A stretch of DNA of 64,000 bases from contig OY760142.1 of the NCBI GenBank assembly GCA_963663225.1, positions 32,001 to 96,000 on the forward strand, written 5' to 3'. The translations under genes and the position numbers were made by a program. Under the pieces are notes generated by a model, which was given only the letters and a program-made list of their open reading frames with translations, ran no database searches and had not been told where the DNA came from. Positions 1 to 9,644 of this stretch are shown here, piece by piece; position 1 is the first letter of the stretch, and every line of letters begins with the position of its first letter. This stretch comes from Nitrospirota bacterium. GTDB taxonomy: Bacteria; Nitrospirota; UBA9217.

Positions 1-226
1 GTAGTGATTTCGATGAGGGTATTATTCGCAACTATCTTTAACATCGTGAAACCTTTCATCAAGCAGGCCTGGCTGTGTATGCTCAGGCTAGAATTGATGG
101 CCTTCTGCTGTCACTCACCGCAGATTTGGAACGTTCGGGAGAAGAACAACGAGTTGGAAATTATTATGATATCCAGCGTTTCAGAATCATTGTCGATGGC
201 TTCCGCACTGAAAAAAAACTGTGAAA

Positions 227-586
227 CTACCAATAGAGATCCTTCACAGTTACCGACACGGGCAATTCATAATCAGTGCCGCCTGAGTCCACGTACTCGC
301 GGCAGGACGGATACTGTTGATAGCAATACAATGCATGAATACTGATGTTCGAAAGTTTGTGTTCGGCCGACATGGTATCAAAAAAATATTCCCACTCGTC
401 AGTGGAATCTTCGCTATTTGCTCCGCGAGGCCAGAAATGGCCGGCACGGTAACCGTAACCAAGGTTTGGAAACGGCGGCGCCGGCGGCGCTGCATTCGCT
501 GCATCATCCTGATAACGCATCAGCCATGCCCACCATAATGCCACAAATTCATATTGCTTTGATCGTTCGATTAAGCTGCTGTCCAT
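227..586 (-). CDS. hypothetical protein
   Basis: 119-aa ORF with GAGGAAG RBS-like sequence before ATG; no recognisable domain. Confidence 0.4.
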   Translation of the reverse strand: MDSSLIERSKQYEFVALWWAWLMRYQDDAANAAPPAPPFPNLGYGYRAGHFWPRGANSEDSTDEWEYFFDTMSAEHKLSNISIHALYCYQQYPSCREYVDSGGTDYELPVSVTVKDLYW

Positions 587-1079
587 AGTTCTCTTCCTCG
601 CAGACTAGTTATCGTATTGAGTCGTAATGTTATATCGACAAAGGAAACATTTTCCGCTTGCCTTCGGGAAACGCTCCTCGCAATCAATAAAGTCATTTGT
701 TTTTAAATCAAACAATTATTACAATCTCGACAAGCATGGTGTACGTGCGGTTTAAAAGAAGAGCTTGATATCAGACTGATATTAATATCAGAATAAAATT
801 GTTACCATATAACTCCGGAACCGAATACCACTGCCCCCTGCCAGTCAATAGTTAGCCCAAACCGCTCAGAATAACCCTTCTTTCCGAATTTACTCGAAGT
901 GAGAAGGGTTTTACATAATATCAAAAACGTCTTTTTTATGCAAACAAAAAGAAACAAACTCCATCATGGCTGGGGGGGGGAAGCAGTATTTCTCGTTACG
1001 TACAAAAAAATAAAAAACTGTTCTTGTCGCATCATTCCTTTAAGGACTTACGGCATTAAAGTGGCAGGTGGCCGCATTA

Positions 1080-1478
1080 TCAGTCTTTAAAATGCGATTT
1101 TGCTTTTTCAAAAGCCTTCTCAAAGTCATCCGCTGCTTTATTCAATTCGCTTGAAAGTTTATGCCACTTTTTTTCTGACTCTTTTTGTATCATTTCAAAC
1201 TTCTGTGAGGCTATTTTCTGTTTTTTTTCTGCCTCTGCGAGATATTTATTCAAGTCCTTGTTTGCCCGCTCCTTCATGGCTGCTGCTTTGGTTCTCAACT
1301 CCTCCATTTGCGTGCCCAGTCGATCTAAGCGTTCTCCCATTTTTTTTTCAAACTGCTGCCTTTGTGCCGTTATATCCTGTGATATCGATTGCTGTTCTTT
1401 GGCGTATCCCGTTGTCAGGAACGTGGTACACGAGATAAACAAGGCACCTGTCAGCGCAAGTGAAATAAGATGTTTCAT
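1080..1478 (-). CDS. secreted coiled-coil protein
   Basis: GGAGAGG RBS before ATG 1478 (MKHLISL); signal peptide ending TGYA; K/E-rich helical body. Confidence 0.7.
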   Translation of the reverse strand: MKHLISLALTGALFISCTTFLTTGYAKEQQSISQDITAQRQQFEKKMGERLDRLGTQMEELRTKAAAMKERANKDLNKYLAEAEKKQKIASQKFEMIQKESEKKWHKLSSELNKAADDFEKAFEKAKSHFKD

Positions 1479-1696
1479 AAACACCTCTCCTTTCGTTAAA
1501 CAACGCTTGAAATCCATGCGAATATACTATTATTTATGATAGCACAATTCCAGAAAAGCAGCGATGAAGAGGCCGGGGAAATGATTATTTTGGCATCTTC
1601 TATTGATACCCTTATGAAAGTCGAATTTCTGCCCGGAAACGATTCATATGGGTTGCATTGACAACGTTGGATACTGCGATGAAAACTTTTCAACCT

Positions 1697-2281
1697 TTAT
1701 CCTATTAATGTCACAATAAAAGACATTACGCCTCCCGATACAAGAGGTATTAAAAGGTTATCGTTCACCGGAAGCGGCAGGAGTTCCACACCCGCAGCAA
1801 TAAACGCGCCGATCACGACCAAACCATACATTATCGGAATGCCGGTCAGCGAGAGCAGCATTCCTCCTGATATCGCGGCGGCAACAAAAGCAATGCTCCC
1901 TTCAACGCTTTTATTTCCAATTTTTGTTTTACCATACCGTTCACCTGCAGTCGTGGCTGCAACATCGCCAAAGGCAAGAAAACAAATAGCCAATGTGGCA
2001 ATATCTTCACGGTAGAAATAAAAAGTCAAACCAATTCCTAAAATGTAGGAAGCGGTGCCCGTAATCTTCCGCTTCTCGCTCAAACGGATAAAGTTTCGGA
2101 ACTTATCATGAATAAAACGATTGACCAGCGGTAGTTTAAGGCGAACTATATCCAGCGTGAGAACAATAGCAAACAATACTGCATACAACAAAAGCGCCTG
2201 ATTTCTGCCAAGAAAATAGTAAAGTGAGACAAGGGACAAGCCGCCTAAAAGGTGATATAACTTTCTGCCTAGCTGGTTCAC
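1697..2281 (-). CDS. SEC59/DGK1/VTE5-family CTP-dependent polyprenol/diacylglycerol kinase-like membrane protein
   Basis: RKLYH at N-terminus, FGDVAA..G..YG, KSVEGS and NDNLLIP motifs; multi-TM. Confidence 0.8.
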   Translation of the reverse strand: MNQLGRKLYHLLGGLSLVSLYYFLGRNQALLLYAVLFAIVLTLDIVRLKLPLVNRFIHDKFRNFIRLSEKRKITGTASYILGIGLTFYFYREDIATLAICFLAFGDVAATTAGERYGKTKIGNKSVEGSIAFVAAAISGGMLLSLTGIPIMYGLVVIGAFIAAGVELLPLPVNDNLLIPLVSGGVMSFIVTLIG

Positions 2282-2438
2282 CGAAATCCTCGCTTGTAAT
2301 AAAAAATATTTTGTAAAGATTTTTCACGCAACAGTATTCCATCTTTTAGTCTATTGTATTTTAGAAAGATCATATGAGCAATCGTTTTTTATAACAGTTA
2401 ATTAATACGCGATCACACCTATCTTTTGCGAATGGTGA

Positions 2439-2494
2439 ATTATATTAAATGTATGTTACGGTATTATGAAAAGATTATTACAATCGGGTTACTA
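2439..2494 (-). promoter_or_regulatory. Pho-box-type promoter of the lipid kinase gene
   Basis: Minus-strand heptamers TAGTAAC, TTGTAAT, TTTTCAT, CCGTAAC at 11-bp period (2488, 2477, 2466, 2455), then 10 bp, then TATAAT (2444-2439). Confidence 0.75.
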
Positions 2495-2563
2495 CTAAAA
2501 AATTAATACTATCATAGCTAAACATGATTTTTACGCCACACCTCTCGGCAGAATACTAAAATT

Positions 2564-2619
2564 TTTTCACGCATTTTTAACCTGGTTGTAATATTCCCGT
2601 AATAACCTTTTATCAATAT
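2564..2619 (+). promoter_or_regulatory. Pho-box-type promoter of psiE-GH1
   Basis: TTTTCAC, TTTTAAC, TTGTAAT, CCGTAAT at 2564/2575/2586/2597 (11-bp period), 10 bp, then CAATAT -10-like. Confidence 0.7.
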
Positions 2620-2651
2620 GACAACAATTGATTTTATAATTTGGTGAAACT

Positions 2652-3074
2652 ATGATCGTAGAATACTTCGGCAAAATAGTCGACAATATGATCAAACTGC
2701 TGATCCCCATGGTAATCATTGCATTGTTGATGGGAATTGCGCGACTGGTTCTTGACTTGCGTTCAGTTTTCGGGAGCCAAACAATAGGAGCAGCTTTTGA
2801 TATGATGGTGACGAATATTCTTTCCATGTTCATCGTCATTGAACTCTTGAGAAGCGTAATAGAATATTTCAGCGTGCATCGTTTGAAAATAACCTTCATC
2901 ACCGATGCCGCGCTGGTATTCGTGTTAAGGGAAGTTATGGCTGGTCTTTATGAGCACACACTGCAGACTCCCATGATTTTTGCCCTTTCTGCGCTGATAC
3001 TGGTAATCGGATGTCTCAGAACGCTTGCAGTGGTTTTTTCACCGAAAAAATATCTAGAATCGGAGCAAAAGTAA
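2652..3074 (+). CDS. psiE: phosphate-starvation-inducible PsiE family membrane protein
   Basis: Four TM segments; FIVIELLRSVIEYF and ALVFVLRE motifs typical of PsiE family; Pho box upstream. Confidence 0.75.
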   Translation: MIVEYFGKIVDNMIKLLIPMVIIALLMGIARLVLDLRSVFGSQTIGAAFDMMVTNILSMFIVIELLRSVIEYFSVHRLKITFITDAALVFVLREVMAGLYEHTLQTPMIFALSALILVIGCLRTLAVVFSPKKYLESEQK

Positions 3075-3191
3075 TATGGACAACAGCATGAACAATATTG
3101 ATGGAAAATCGGAAAATAAATATGAAGAAGCAGTCCTATTCGCAATTGCTCTATTAGGCCTGCTCGGAATGGTGCTCTATTGGCGATAACA

Positions 3192-4466
3192 ATGGGAAAA
3201 AACCCAGATTGCAGAGATAATGAAACCGTTTTCCCGATTGATTTTCAATGGGGAATCGCCACATCTGCATTTCAAATTGAAGGTTCGCCTCATGCGGATT
3301 GGACAACATGGGATCCCGATCTTGAAGGAATGCCGAATATAACGGACCACTACAATCGCTATCGTCAGGATCTTTATTTATTAAAGGAATTAGGCGTCAA
3401 CAGTTATCGTTTCTCTATAGAATGGAGCAGGATTCAGCCACAGGACGGGGTCTGGAACGAGGAGGCCATAGGTCACTACCAGGACATTATCAATATCCTT
3501 CGAAGCTACAATATTGAACCCATGGTGACATTGCACCATTTTACAAATCCCTCCTGGTTTATTGAACGTACACCGTGGCACCGGACAACATCTATAGAAA
3601 AGTTCCTGCGCTTTACCGAAAAAATGGTATCTACTCTCAAAGGCGTGCGTTATTGGATAACATTTAATGAACCGTACGTCATTCTGCTGGGTGGTTATCT
3701 CGAAGGATGCACACCTCCGGGGATTCAGGATGTACCGAAATCACTTCGTGCTTTAAAAAATATCTTCACCTGCCATGGAAAAGCATACGACCTTATCCAT
3801 AGTTACGTTCCGGACGCCCAGGTAAGCCTCTCTCATAATATGTCCGTTTTTGCGCCCTGGAAAAAATGGAACCCTCTGGATCGGGCACTCAAAAAAACAG
3901 CAAATTTTTTCTACAATCATTCAATCATAGATGCATTTAAAACAGGTAATTTTGTCATTAAATTTCCATTCTCGCGCCCTATCGAGATAGAAATTCCTAT
4001 TAAAGGAAAGCTCGATTTTTTCGGTGTGAACTATTATACTCGCATTCATCTTCGTTTCAATCCCTTCAAGAGGATGGGAGTGGAGCTCCGGCATCTCGAC
4101 ATCGATGGTCACGGCCTTACGAATATCGGTTGGGAAATTCATCCCCGTGGAATTGAAAAGGTCCTCAGATATGCTTCCCGTCTTCAGGTTCCGCTGATAA
4201 TCACGGAAAACGGCATTGCGACACATGATGCCGAAAAAAAAGTGAAATATATGAAGCGGCACGTTGACATGTTGGAGCGGTGCCTGAAAAATGGCCTTGA
4301 CATACGGGGTTATTACTATTGGACGTTAATTGATAATTACGAATGGCTCAATGGTCTTGATACCCGGTTCGGACTTTATGGGGTGGATTTCAAAACACTC
4401 CAACGCCACCCCACAAGCGCCGCAGCATACTATTCTTATTTAATTCACAGCCGATCGCAATTGTAA
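3192..4466 (+). CDS. glycoside hydrolase family 1 (beta-glucosidase-like)
   Basis: FQWGIATSAFQIEG, YRFSIEWSRI, catalytic TFNEP and ITENG, DNYEW; start 3180 (TTG) or 3192 (ATG). Confidence 0.92.
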   Translation: MGKNPDCRDNETVFPIDFQWGIATSAFQIEGSPHADWTTWDPDLEGMPNITDHYNRYRQDLYLLKELGVNSYRFSIEWSRIQPQDGVWNEEAIGHYQDIINILRSYNIEPMVTLHHFTNPSWFIERTPWHRTTSIEKFLRFTEKMVSTLKGVRYWITFNEPYVILLGGYLEGCTPPGIQDVPKSLRALKNIFTCHGKAYDLIHSYVPDAQVSLSHNMSVFAPWKKWNPLDRALKKTANFFYNHSIIDAFKTGNFVIKFPFSRPIEIEIPIKGKLDFFGVNYYTRIHLRFNPFKRMGVELRHLDIDGHGLTNIGWEIHPRGIEKVLRYASRLQVPLIITENGIATHDAEKKVKYMKRHVDMLERCLKNGLDIRGYYYWTLIDNYEWLNGLDTRFGLYGVDFKTLQRHPTSAAAYYSYLIHSRSQL

Positions 4467-4516
4467 CAGCAATTTAATATATCCGTAATATACCCGTAAT
4501 ATTAAAAAAGTATATT
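4461..4516 (+). promoter_or_regulatory. Pho-box-type promoter of PHP-GT21-acyltransferase operon
   Basis: TTGTAAC, ATTTAAT, CCGTAAT, CCGTAAT at 4461/4472/4483/4494, 10 bp, then TATATT (4511-4516). Confidence 0.75.
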
Positions 4517-4524
4517 TAATCACA

Positions 4525-5217
4525 ATGATACTATGTGATTTTCACATTCATACCACGTACTCTGACGGGTTTGTGGAAATGAGAAAAACAATCGATCTTT
4601 TTGGACAGGCGGGTTTTGACGTCATTGCTATTACAGACCATGTGGTAAACGGGGACAATGTATTAGGAAAGTTTGCTCAAAAATTCAATCTCTCCGTCAA
4701 ACAAGATAATTTCGATGAATACCTCTTGACGATTCGCGAAGAGGCAAAAAGAGCCATGAACAAATACGGAATGCTGGTCGTTCCGGGTGTGGAAATAAGC
4801 AAAAATTACTTATCAGAAGACGAATCAGCGCACTTTTTGCTTCTTGATATAAAAAAATTCATCCCTGCCTGCATGAATTGTGAAGAAATATTCATCGAAG
4901 CAAAAAAACAGAATGCACTCATCATCGCGTGCCACCCTCACCACACCACGGATGCCACGACCATGGATACTTTGTTTCTCTGGAACAACCGGGATAAATA
5001 CACCAAATACATCGACGCATGGGAAATTGCCAATCGTGACGATGTGTTCAATGTGATCAGCTTAAAAAAATATCCATACGTCGCTAATAGCGATTTCCAC
5101 AAACCGCATCATCTGTATTCCTGGAAAACGCTCTTGAATTGTGAAAAAACCATCGATTGCGTGAAAAATTGTATTAAGCACAACAGAGGAGTGGCGATCA
5201 CACTATTCAGGAACTGA
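4525..5217 (+). CDS. PHP-domain metal-dependent phosphoesterase
   Basis: DFHIHTTYSDG, AITDH, GVEIS, CHPH and NSDFH PHP motifs. Confidence 0.88.
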   Translation: MILCDFHIHTTYSDGFVEMRKTIDLFGQAGFDVIAITDHVVNGDNVLGKFAQKFNLSVKQDNFDEYLLTIREEAKRAMNKYGMLVVPGVEISKNYLSEDESAHFLLLDIKKFIPACMNCEEIFIEAKKQNALIIACHPHHTTDATTMDTLFLWNNRDKYTKYIDAWEIANRDDVFNVISLKKYPYVANSDFHKPHHLYSWKTLLNCEKTIDCVKNCIKHNRGVAITLFRN

Positions 5218-5267
5218 ACGATGAAACTTTATATTCTTCTACACATTACCTATGATGGAGGCATACC

Positions 5268-6512
5268 ATGATTTTGTTTACCATCTGCGTAATACTTTCA
5301 ATCATCGGCATCATGCTCTGTCTGCTCCAGGCAGGCGCAGTATATGATACTCTTCTCAGAAAAAAACGCGGACCAGTAAATCCTGACACGGAAATCAATC
5401 CCACCTCACAACCACCCATCTCAATTTTAAAACCACTGAAAGGCCTCGATGACAATCTTTTTGATAATCTAGCCAGTTTTTGCATTCAGGACTACCCGGA
5501 GTATGAAGTTATTTTTGCTCTTCAGGACCGTAATGATGCTGCGTATAAAGTAGCGTCAAAAATCAAAGCTAAATATCCCGATAAAAACATACGGATCGCG
5601 GTCGAAAAATGCAACGCAGGACTCAATCCGAAGATAAACAACCTCATTCCCGCATATCGGACGTCCCGTTTTTCTCACATACTCATCAGCGACAGCAACG
5701 TTATGGTGGATAAAAATTATCTGACGGAAATTGTAAAGCATATTCAGAATCCCGCAGTCGGGTTGGTAAGTAATGTAATCCACGGCGCAGGAGGACGCAG
5801 CGTTGGTGCGCTTTTAGAAAATCTCCACTTAAATTCTTTTATCATAGGGAGTGTCAGTTTTCTCGATAAATTTCTGAGAATGCCATGCGTCATAGGCAAA
5901 TCAATGCTCATGAGCAAAAAAGACCTCGAAAAGCTTGGTGGCTTTACAGCCTTCAAGGATATTCTTGCGGAAGACTTTATTATCGGCAGAGAAATGGACC
6001 GCATCGGTAAACGGGTAGTCCTGTCAAATTATCTAGTCAGCAATGTAAATGAATACTGGAGCATAAAACGCTTTTTGAACCGCCACACACGATGGGGAAA
6101 ACTCAGATGGAAGATCGGCGGATATAAATATTTTTGCGAGCTTCTCAGCAATCCTGTTTTCATATCTGTTTTACCGATTCTTTTCACAGGTCCTACCCAG
6201 CTATCATTATTCTTTGCAGGCATTATAGGACTTGTTAAGTCCGGCATAGACCTGCTTATGGGAAAATTCATCGAGGCCTCTGCGGACAAAAAAGAATTAC
6301 ACAGGCCATCAGCGCTCGCTTATGCTCTCAGTCCTGTAAAAGATTTGATAATAGGTTTTGTATGGTTTGTGCCTATTCTGAGTTCCACAGTAATCTGGCG
6401 GGGAAACCGCTATTGTATCGTAAAAGACTCGCGGTTAATGCCCTGCCCTGAAACCGGAGTATGGTCATGGAAATATCGAATCTCGAACGTCATTCGAGAA
6501 CGTTTTGCATAA
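5268..6512 (+). CDS. ceramide glucosyltransferase-like glycosyltransferase (GT21/GT2, HpnI-like)
   Basis: N-terminal TM, ISILKPLKG, NPKINNL, ISDSN, LAEDF, RHTRW; C-terminal TMs and WRG. Confidence 0.85.
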   Translation: MILFTICVILSIIGIMLCLLQAGAVYDTLLRKKRGPVNPDTEINPTSQPPISILKPLKGLDDNLFDNLASFCIQDYPEYEVIFALQDRNDAAYKVASKIKAKYPDKNIRIAVEKCNAGLNPKINNLIPAYRTSRFSHILISDSNVMVDKNYLTEIVKHIQNPAVGLVSNVIHGAGGRSVGALLENLHLNSFIIGSVSFLDKFLRMPCVIGKSMLMSKKDLEKLGGFTAFKDILAEDFIIGREMDRIGKRVVLSNYLVSNVNEYWSIKRFLNRHTRWGKLRWKIGGYKYFCELLSNPVFISVLPILFTGPTQLSLFFAGIIGLVKSGIDLLMGKFIEASADKKELHRPSALAYALSPVKDLIIGFVWFVPILSSTVIWRGNRYCIVKDSRLMPCPETGVWSWKYRISNVIRERFA

Positions 6513-6624
6513 ACAATAAACACCTTGGTCTTTTCAAAGACGACAAAGAACCATGATGATGCACCATCCGACTCGCTTAACGAGCGTACTTTTTAAATAT
6601 TTTTACAGACAACGGGAGGGACGT

Positions 6625-8478
6625 ATGCTGCCGCAGAACCAGTCGAATCGAATTTTCAATCTGTCTCTCAATTTTAAGGACCCAGTGCAAAACATGCTTT
6701 TTTCTCTGATAAAAAACCCGATAGAACATTTTTTAGCATTTCCGCGCTTGAACAGAGTATATAGCGACATCACATCCATGGAAGACGGCAGATCTTTTCC
6801 GGAAAAAGCTCTGGAGCGCTTGAGTGTGGCATACGATCTGGCAGAAGCGGACCGAAAACGGATAGCTATTTCACACGGACCTGTTCTTATCGTTGCAAAC
6901 CATCCTTTCGGCGGCATAGAAGGCATTATTCTGTCGTCGATTCTGCGTTCAGTACGAAGCGATGTAAAATTCATGGCTAATTATCTGCTCAAATACATAC
7001 CGGAAATGAGGGATTCTTTTATTGCTGTAAACCCGTTCAACACGAAAGCATCTATCAAGGAAAACATCAAGCCAATCAGGGAATGCATACAGTGGCTGAA
7101 ACAAGGAGGGATGCTGGTCGTCTTTCCAGCCGGTGAAGTCTCGCATTTCAATATTCAGAAAGGCGCAATTACCGACCCGGACTGGAGCTCTAGTGCTGCC
7201 CGGATCAGCAAAATCACATCCGTTCCCGTGCTGCCGGTCTTCTTTCGTGGAACGAACAGCGCCGCCTTTCATATGGCGGGAATGGTGCACCCGCTGCTTC
7301 GGACTGCCATGCTGCCGAACGAACTTTTCAATAAAAAATCTAAAAAAATACAGGTCAAGGTAGGAGAATTAATTCCCTCAGAAAAATTGAGTGAATTCGA
7401 CCGGGATGATGATTTGACCAGATATCTAAGGCTTCGTACATATCTTCTCGAGTTAAGCAACAATCGCAGCAAGAAGAAAATTCCGGGGCCGTTGTTGCCG
7501 ATCACGAAAACTAAAACTCCAGAATCTATCATACCGGCACAAAATCCGGTGCGCATGGCCGAGGAAATAAGCTTGCTGCCGCCTGACCAAATTCTTATTG
7601 AGAACGGCAACCTCATGGTTACTTATGCCAGATGTCATCAAATCCCCTGTCTTCTGACTGAGATCTGCCGATTGCGGGAAAAAACATTTCGCGCCGTCGG
7701 TGAAGGAACGGGAAAAGCACTGGATAGAGATCAATATGACACGACGTATGTTCATCTTTTCATCTGGAACAAAGAAACCTGTGAAGTCGTAGGCGCTTAT
7801 AGACTTGGTAAAACGGACGAACTCATTCATAAGCAAGGATTACACGGTCTGTATACCAGCACGCTCTTTCACTATAAATCAGGTTTTCTTGAACGCATGG
7901 GTCCGGCACTGGAATTGGGACGTTCCTTTGTACGTCCTGAATATCAAAAGTCCTATACTCCCCTCCTGTTGCTTTGGAAAGGAATCGCACAATTTCTGGT
8001 TCTGCATCCCAAGTACAAAACGCTTTTCGGCCCGGTAAGCATAACCCGTGAATATCAACCGTTATCAAAACAACTGATGGTCGACTACCTTACAACAAAC
8101 CGATACCAGTCCGACCTTGCTGAATTCGTCCAACCGAAAAAACCATTTCGTTCGAAAGGACTTCGTAAATGGGATATTGACGGCATCGTACGCATGTTAA
8201 AAGAAGATTCCAACGATTGTTCCGACCTTATCTCATATATTGAAGATGACCGCAAGGGCATTCCGATCCTTTTAAAACAATATCTTAAACTCGGCGGGCG
8301 AATCATCGGCTTTAATGTGGACCCTGCGTTTGGTCATGTGCTCGACGGCCTCATCACGGTTGATTTAATGCAGACAGATTCAAAAATACGAGAACGATAT
8401 TTTGGAAAAGAAGGAGCATTAAAATTCACCGAGTACCATGAAGCAATAAATAAAAAAATTCTGGCACCGTGCGCTTAA
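6625..8478 (+). CDS. bifunctional acyltransferase (PlsC-like O-acyltransferase + GNAT N-acyltransferase), OlsF-like
   Basis: ANHPFGG and FPAGEVS PlsC blocks; C-terminal RLREKTFR, D.D.YD, VVGAYRLG, LELGRSFV, LLLLWKG; GGGAGG RBS before ATG 6625. Confidence 0.82.
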   Translation: MLPQNQSNRIFNLSLNFKDPVQNMLFSLIKNPIEHFLAFPRLNRVYSDITSMEDGRSFPEKALERLSVAYDLAEADRKRIAISHGPVLIVANHPFGGIEGIILSSILRSVRSDVKFMANYLLKYIPEMRDSFIAVNPFNTKASIKENIKPIRECIQWLKQGGMLVVFPAGEVSHFNIQKGAITDPDWSSSAARISKITSVPVLPVFFRGTNSAAFHMAGMVHPLLRTAMLPNELFNKKSKKIQVKVGELIPSEKLSEFDRDDDLTRYLRLRTYLLELSNNRSKKKIPGPLLPITKTKTPESIIPAQNPVRMAEEISLLPPDQILIENGNLMVTYARCHQIPCLLTEICRLREKTFRAVGEGTGKALDRDQYDTTYVHLFIWNKETCEVVGAYRLGKTDELIHKQGLHGLYTSTLFHYKSGFLERMGPALELGRSFVRPEYQKSYTPLLLLWKGIAQFLVLHPKYKTLFGPVSITREYQPLSKQLMVDYLTTNRYQSDLAEFVQPKKPFRSKGLRKWDIDGIVRMLKEDSNDCSDLISYIEDDRKGIPILLKQYLKLGGRIIGFNVDPAFGHVLDGLITVDLMQTDSKIRERYFGKEGALKFTEYHEAINKKILAPCA

Positions 8479-8526
8479 AATCAGCCGGACTTAATGCCGT
8501 TGTAGATTCAGCAAGCGGAGGATACT

Positions 8527-9369
8527 ATGATTATCGAACAAAGACAATCTTTTGTCTCTCAAAAAACTCTGACGCCTCAGACCACACTGCTGCAGTTTTC
8601 GCAAATAGCCGAAACGATGAGAGCAAATAATCAGGCAACGAGGTCCTCTGTTCTCACAAAAGTTCCCTTCCTTCACGATACAACCAGAGACTTGGGCTAT
8701 TTTCTTTACGAAATTCTCGCGATAACGGACCTGATGAGAGAAGCGTATGTAAACAAAGACATGGAAAGCCTTCAAAACAGACTTGGTCTTTTGAAAGCAA
8801 AAACGTCTAGCTTTGCAAAGACCTTGTCCGCTCTTGTTGACTCAAAAACTCCGGCACCAGCAACAGATCCCCTGGAACTTTGCATTTTCGACATTGATGC
8901 GCTGTTGCAAGAAATATTGGAGAAAACGCAGTTGCTTGTAAGGGACAAACCGGTAAAAGTCACATATATTTCTTCTCCATGTCCTTTGTTAGTTTTTTCA
9001 AATCGTTTTACGATCAAAGAAATTATCATGGAACTCTGTACCAATGCCGCACAATATACAAATCACGGCCGAATTGCCGTCATCCTGAATAAAGACAAGA
9101 ACCGAATCCGTTTTACTGTCACCGATACGGGAATCGGCATGACGCCCGACGAGATTACAACATTACTCGCGCACTCTGAGCCGAGCACGATGAATCAAGA
9201 TGTGCAGCACTCCGAAACTCTGCACCCAGGTATTACCATGGTCTTGCAGTATTTAAAGACACTAAACGGCACCATCGTAATTTCCAGCAAATTTAGAGAG
9301 GGAACTATTGTCGAGGTCGAATTGCCGATCGAATATACCGATCACTCATCGACCCAGAAGTACAGATGA
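8527..9369 (+). CDS. HATPase_c domain protein / atypical histidine kinase
   Basis: N box (ELCTNAAQYT) and G1 (VTDTGIGM) present; G2 box and H box degenerate. Confidence 0.7.
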   Translation: MIIEQRQSFVSQKTLTPQTTLLQFSQIAETMRANNQATRSSVLTKVPFLHDTTRDLGYFLYEILAITDLMREAYVNKDMESLQNRLGLLKAKTSSFAKTLSALVDSKTPAPATDPLELCIFDIDALLQEILEKTQLLVRDKPVKVTYISSPCPLLVFSNRFTIKEIIMELCTNAAQYTNHGRIAVILNKDKNRIRFTVTDTGIGMTPDEITTLLAHSEPSTMNQDVQHSETLHPGITMVLQYLKTLNGTIVISSKFREGTIVEVELPIEYTDHSSTQKYR

Positions 9370-9566
9370 CGATAAAAAACCAATAACCCACTGAAATAAT
9401 AAAACTTACAATACGATTCTTAAAACAATATTTCCGACTTTTCATATATGCAGGCTTTATAATTAACTGCCTAATTAAACAATAAAAGTACAACTTAATC
9501 GAATCAGAGTCGTTTCATAATTGAAAACCAAGAATAAAATTTACACAAAAAATACAATTATTTTCT

Positions 9567-9622
9567 GTTTAACATAATTTTAACAGTACCATAACAGTTC
9601 TGTAATAATAAAATGTGATAGT
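9567..9622 (+). promoter_or_regulatory. Pho-box-type promoter of the kinase/receiver cascade
   Basis: GTTTAAC, TTTTAAC, CCATAAC, CTGTAAT at 9567/9578/9589/9600, 10 bp, then GATAGT. Confidence 0.7.
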
Positions 9623-9644
9623 GTCCTCTCGGGAGCGTCTCACT

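Noticed and set aside
3-224. Protein-like plus-strand frame 3 (SDFDEGIIRNYL*HRETF...TEKKL*) with one internal TAA: possible pseudogene tail
   Set aside because: Truncated by the window edge and no recognisable family; cannot be supported without a search
972-980. G9 homopolymer as phase-variation tract
   Set aside because: Intergenic and not positioned in a credible ORF or promoter
2444-2450. Fifth in-phase Pho heptamer on the minus strand
   Set aside because: Overlaps the spacer and -10 TATAAT; better read as part of the promoter
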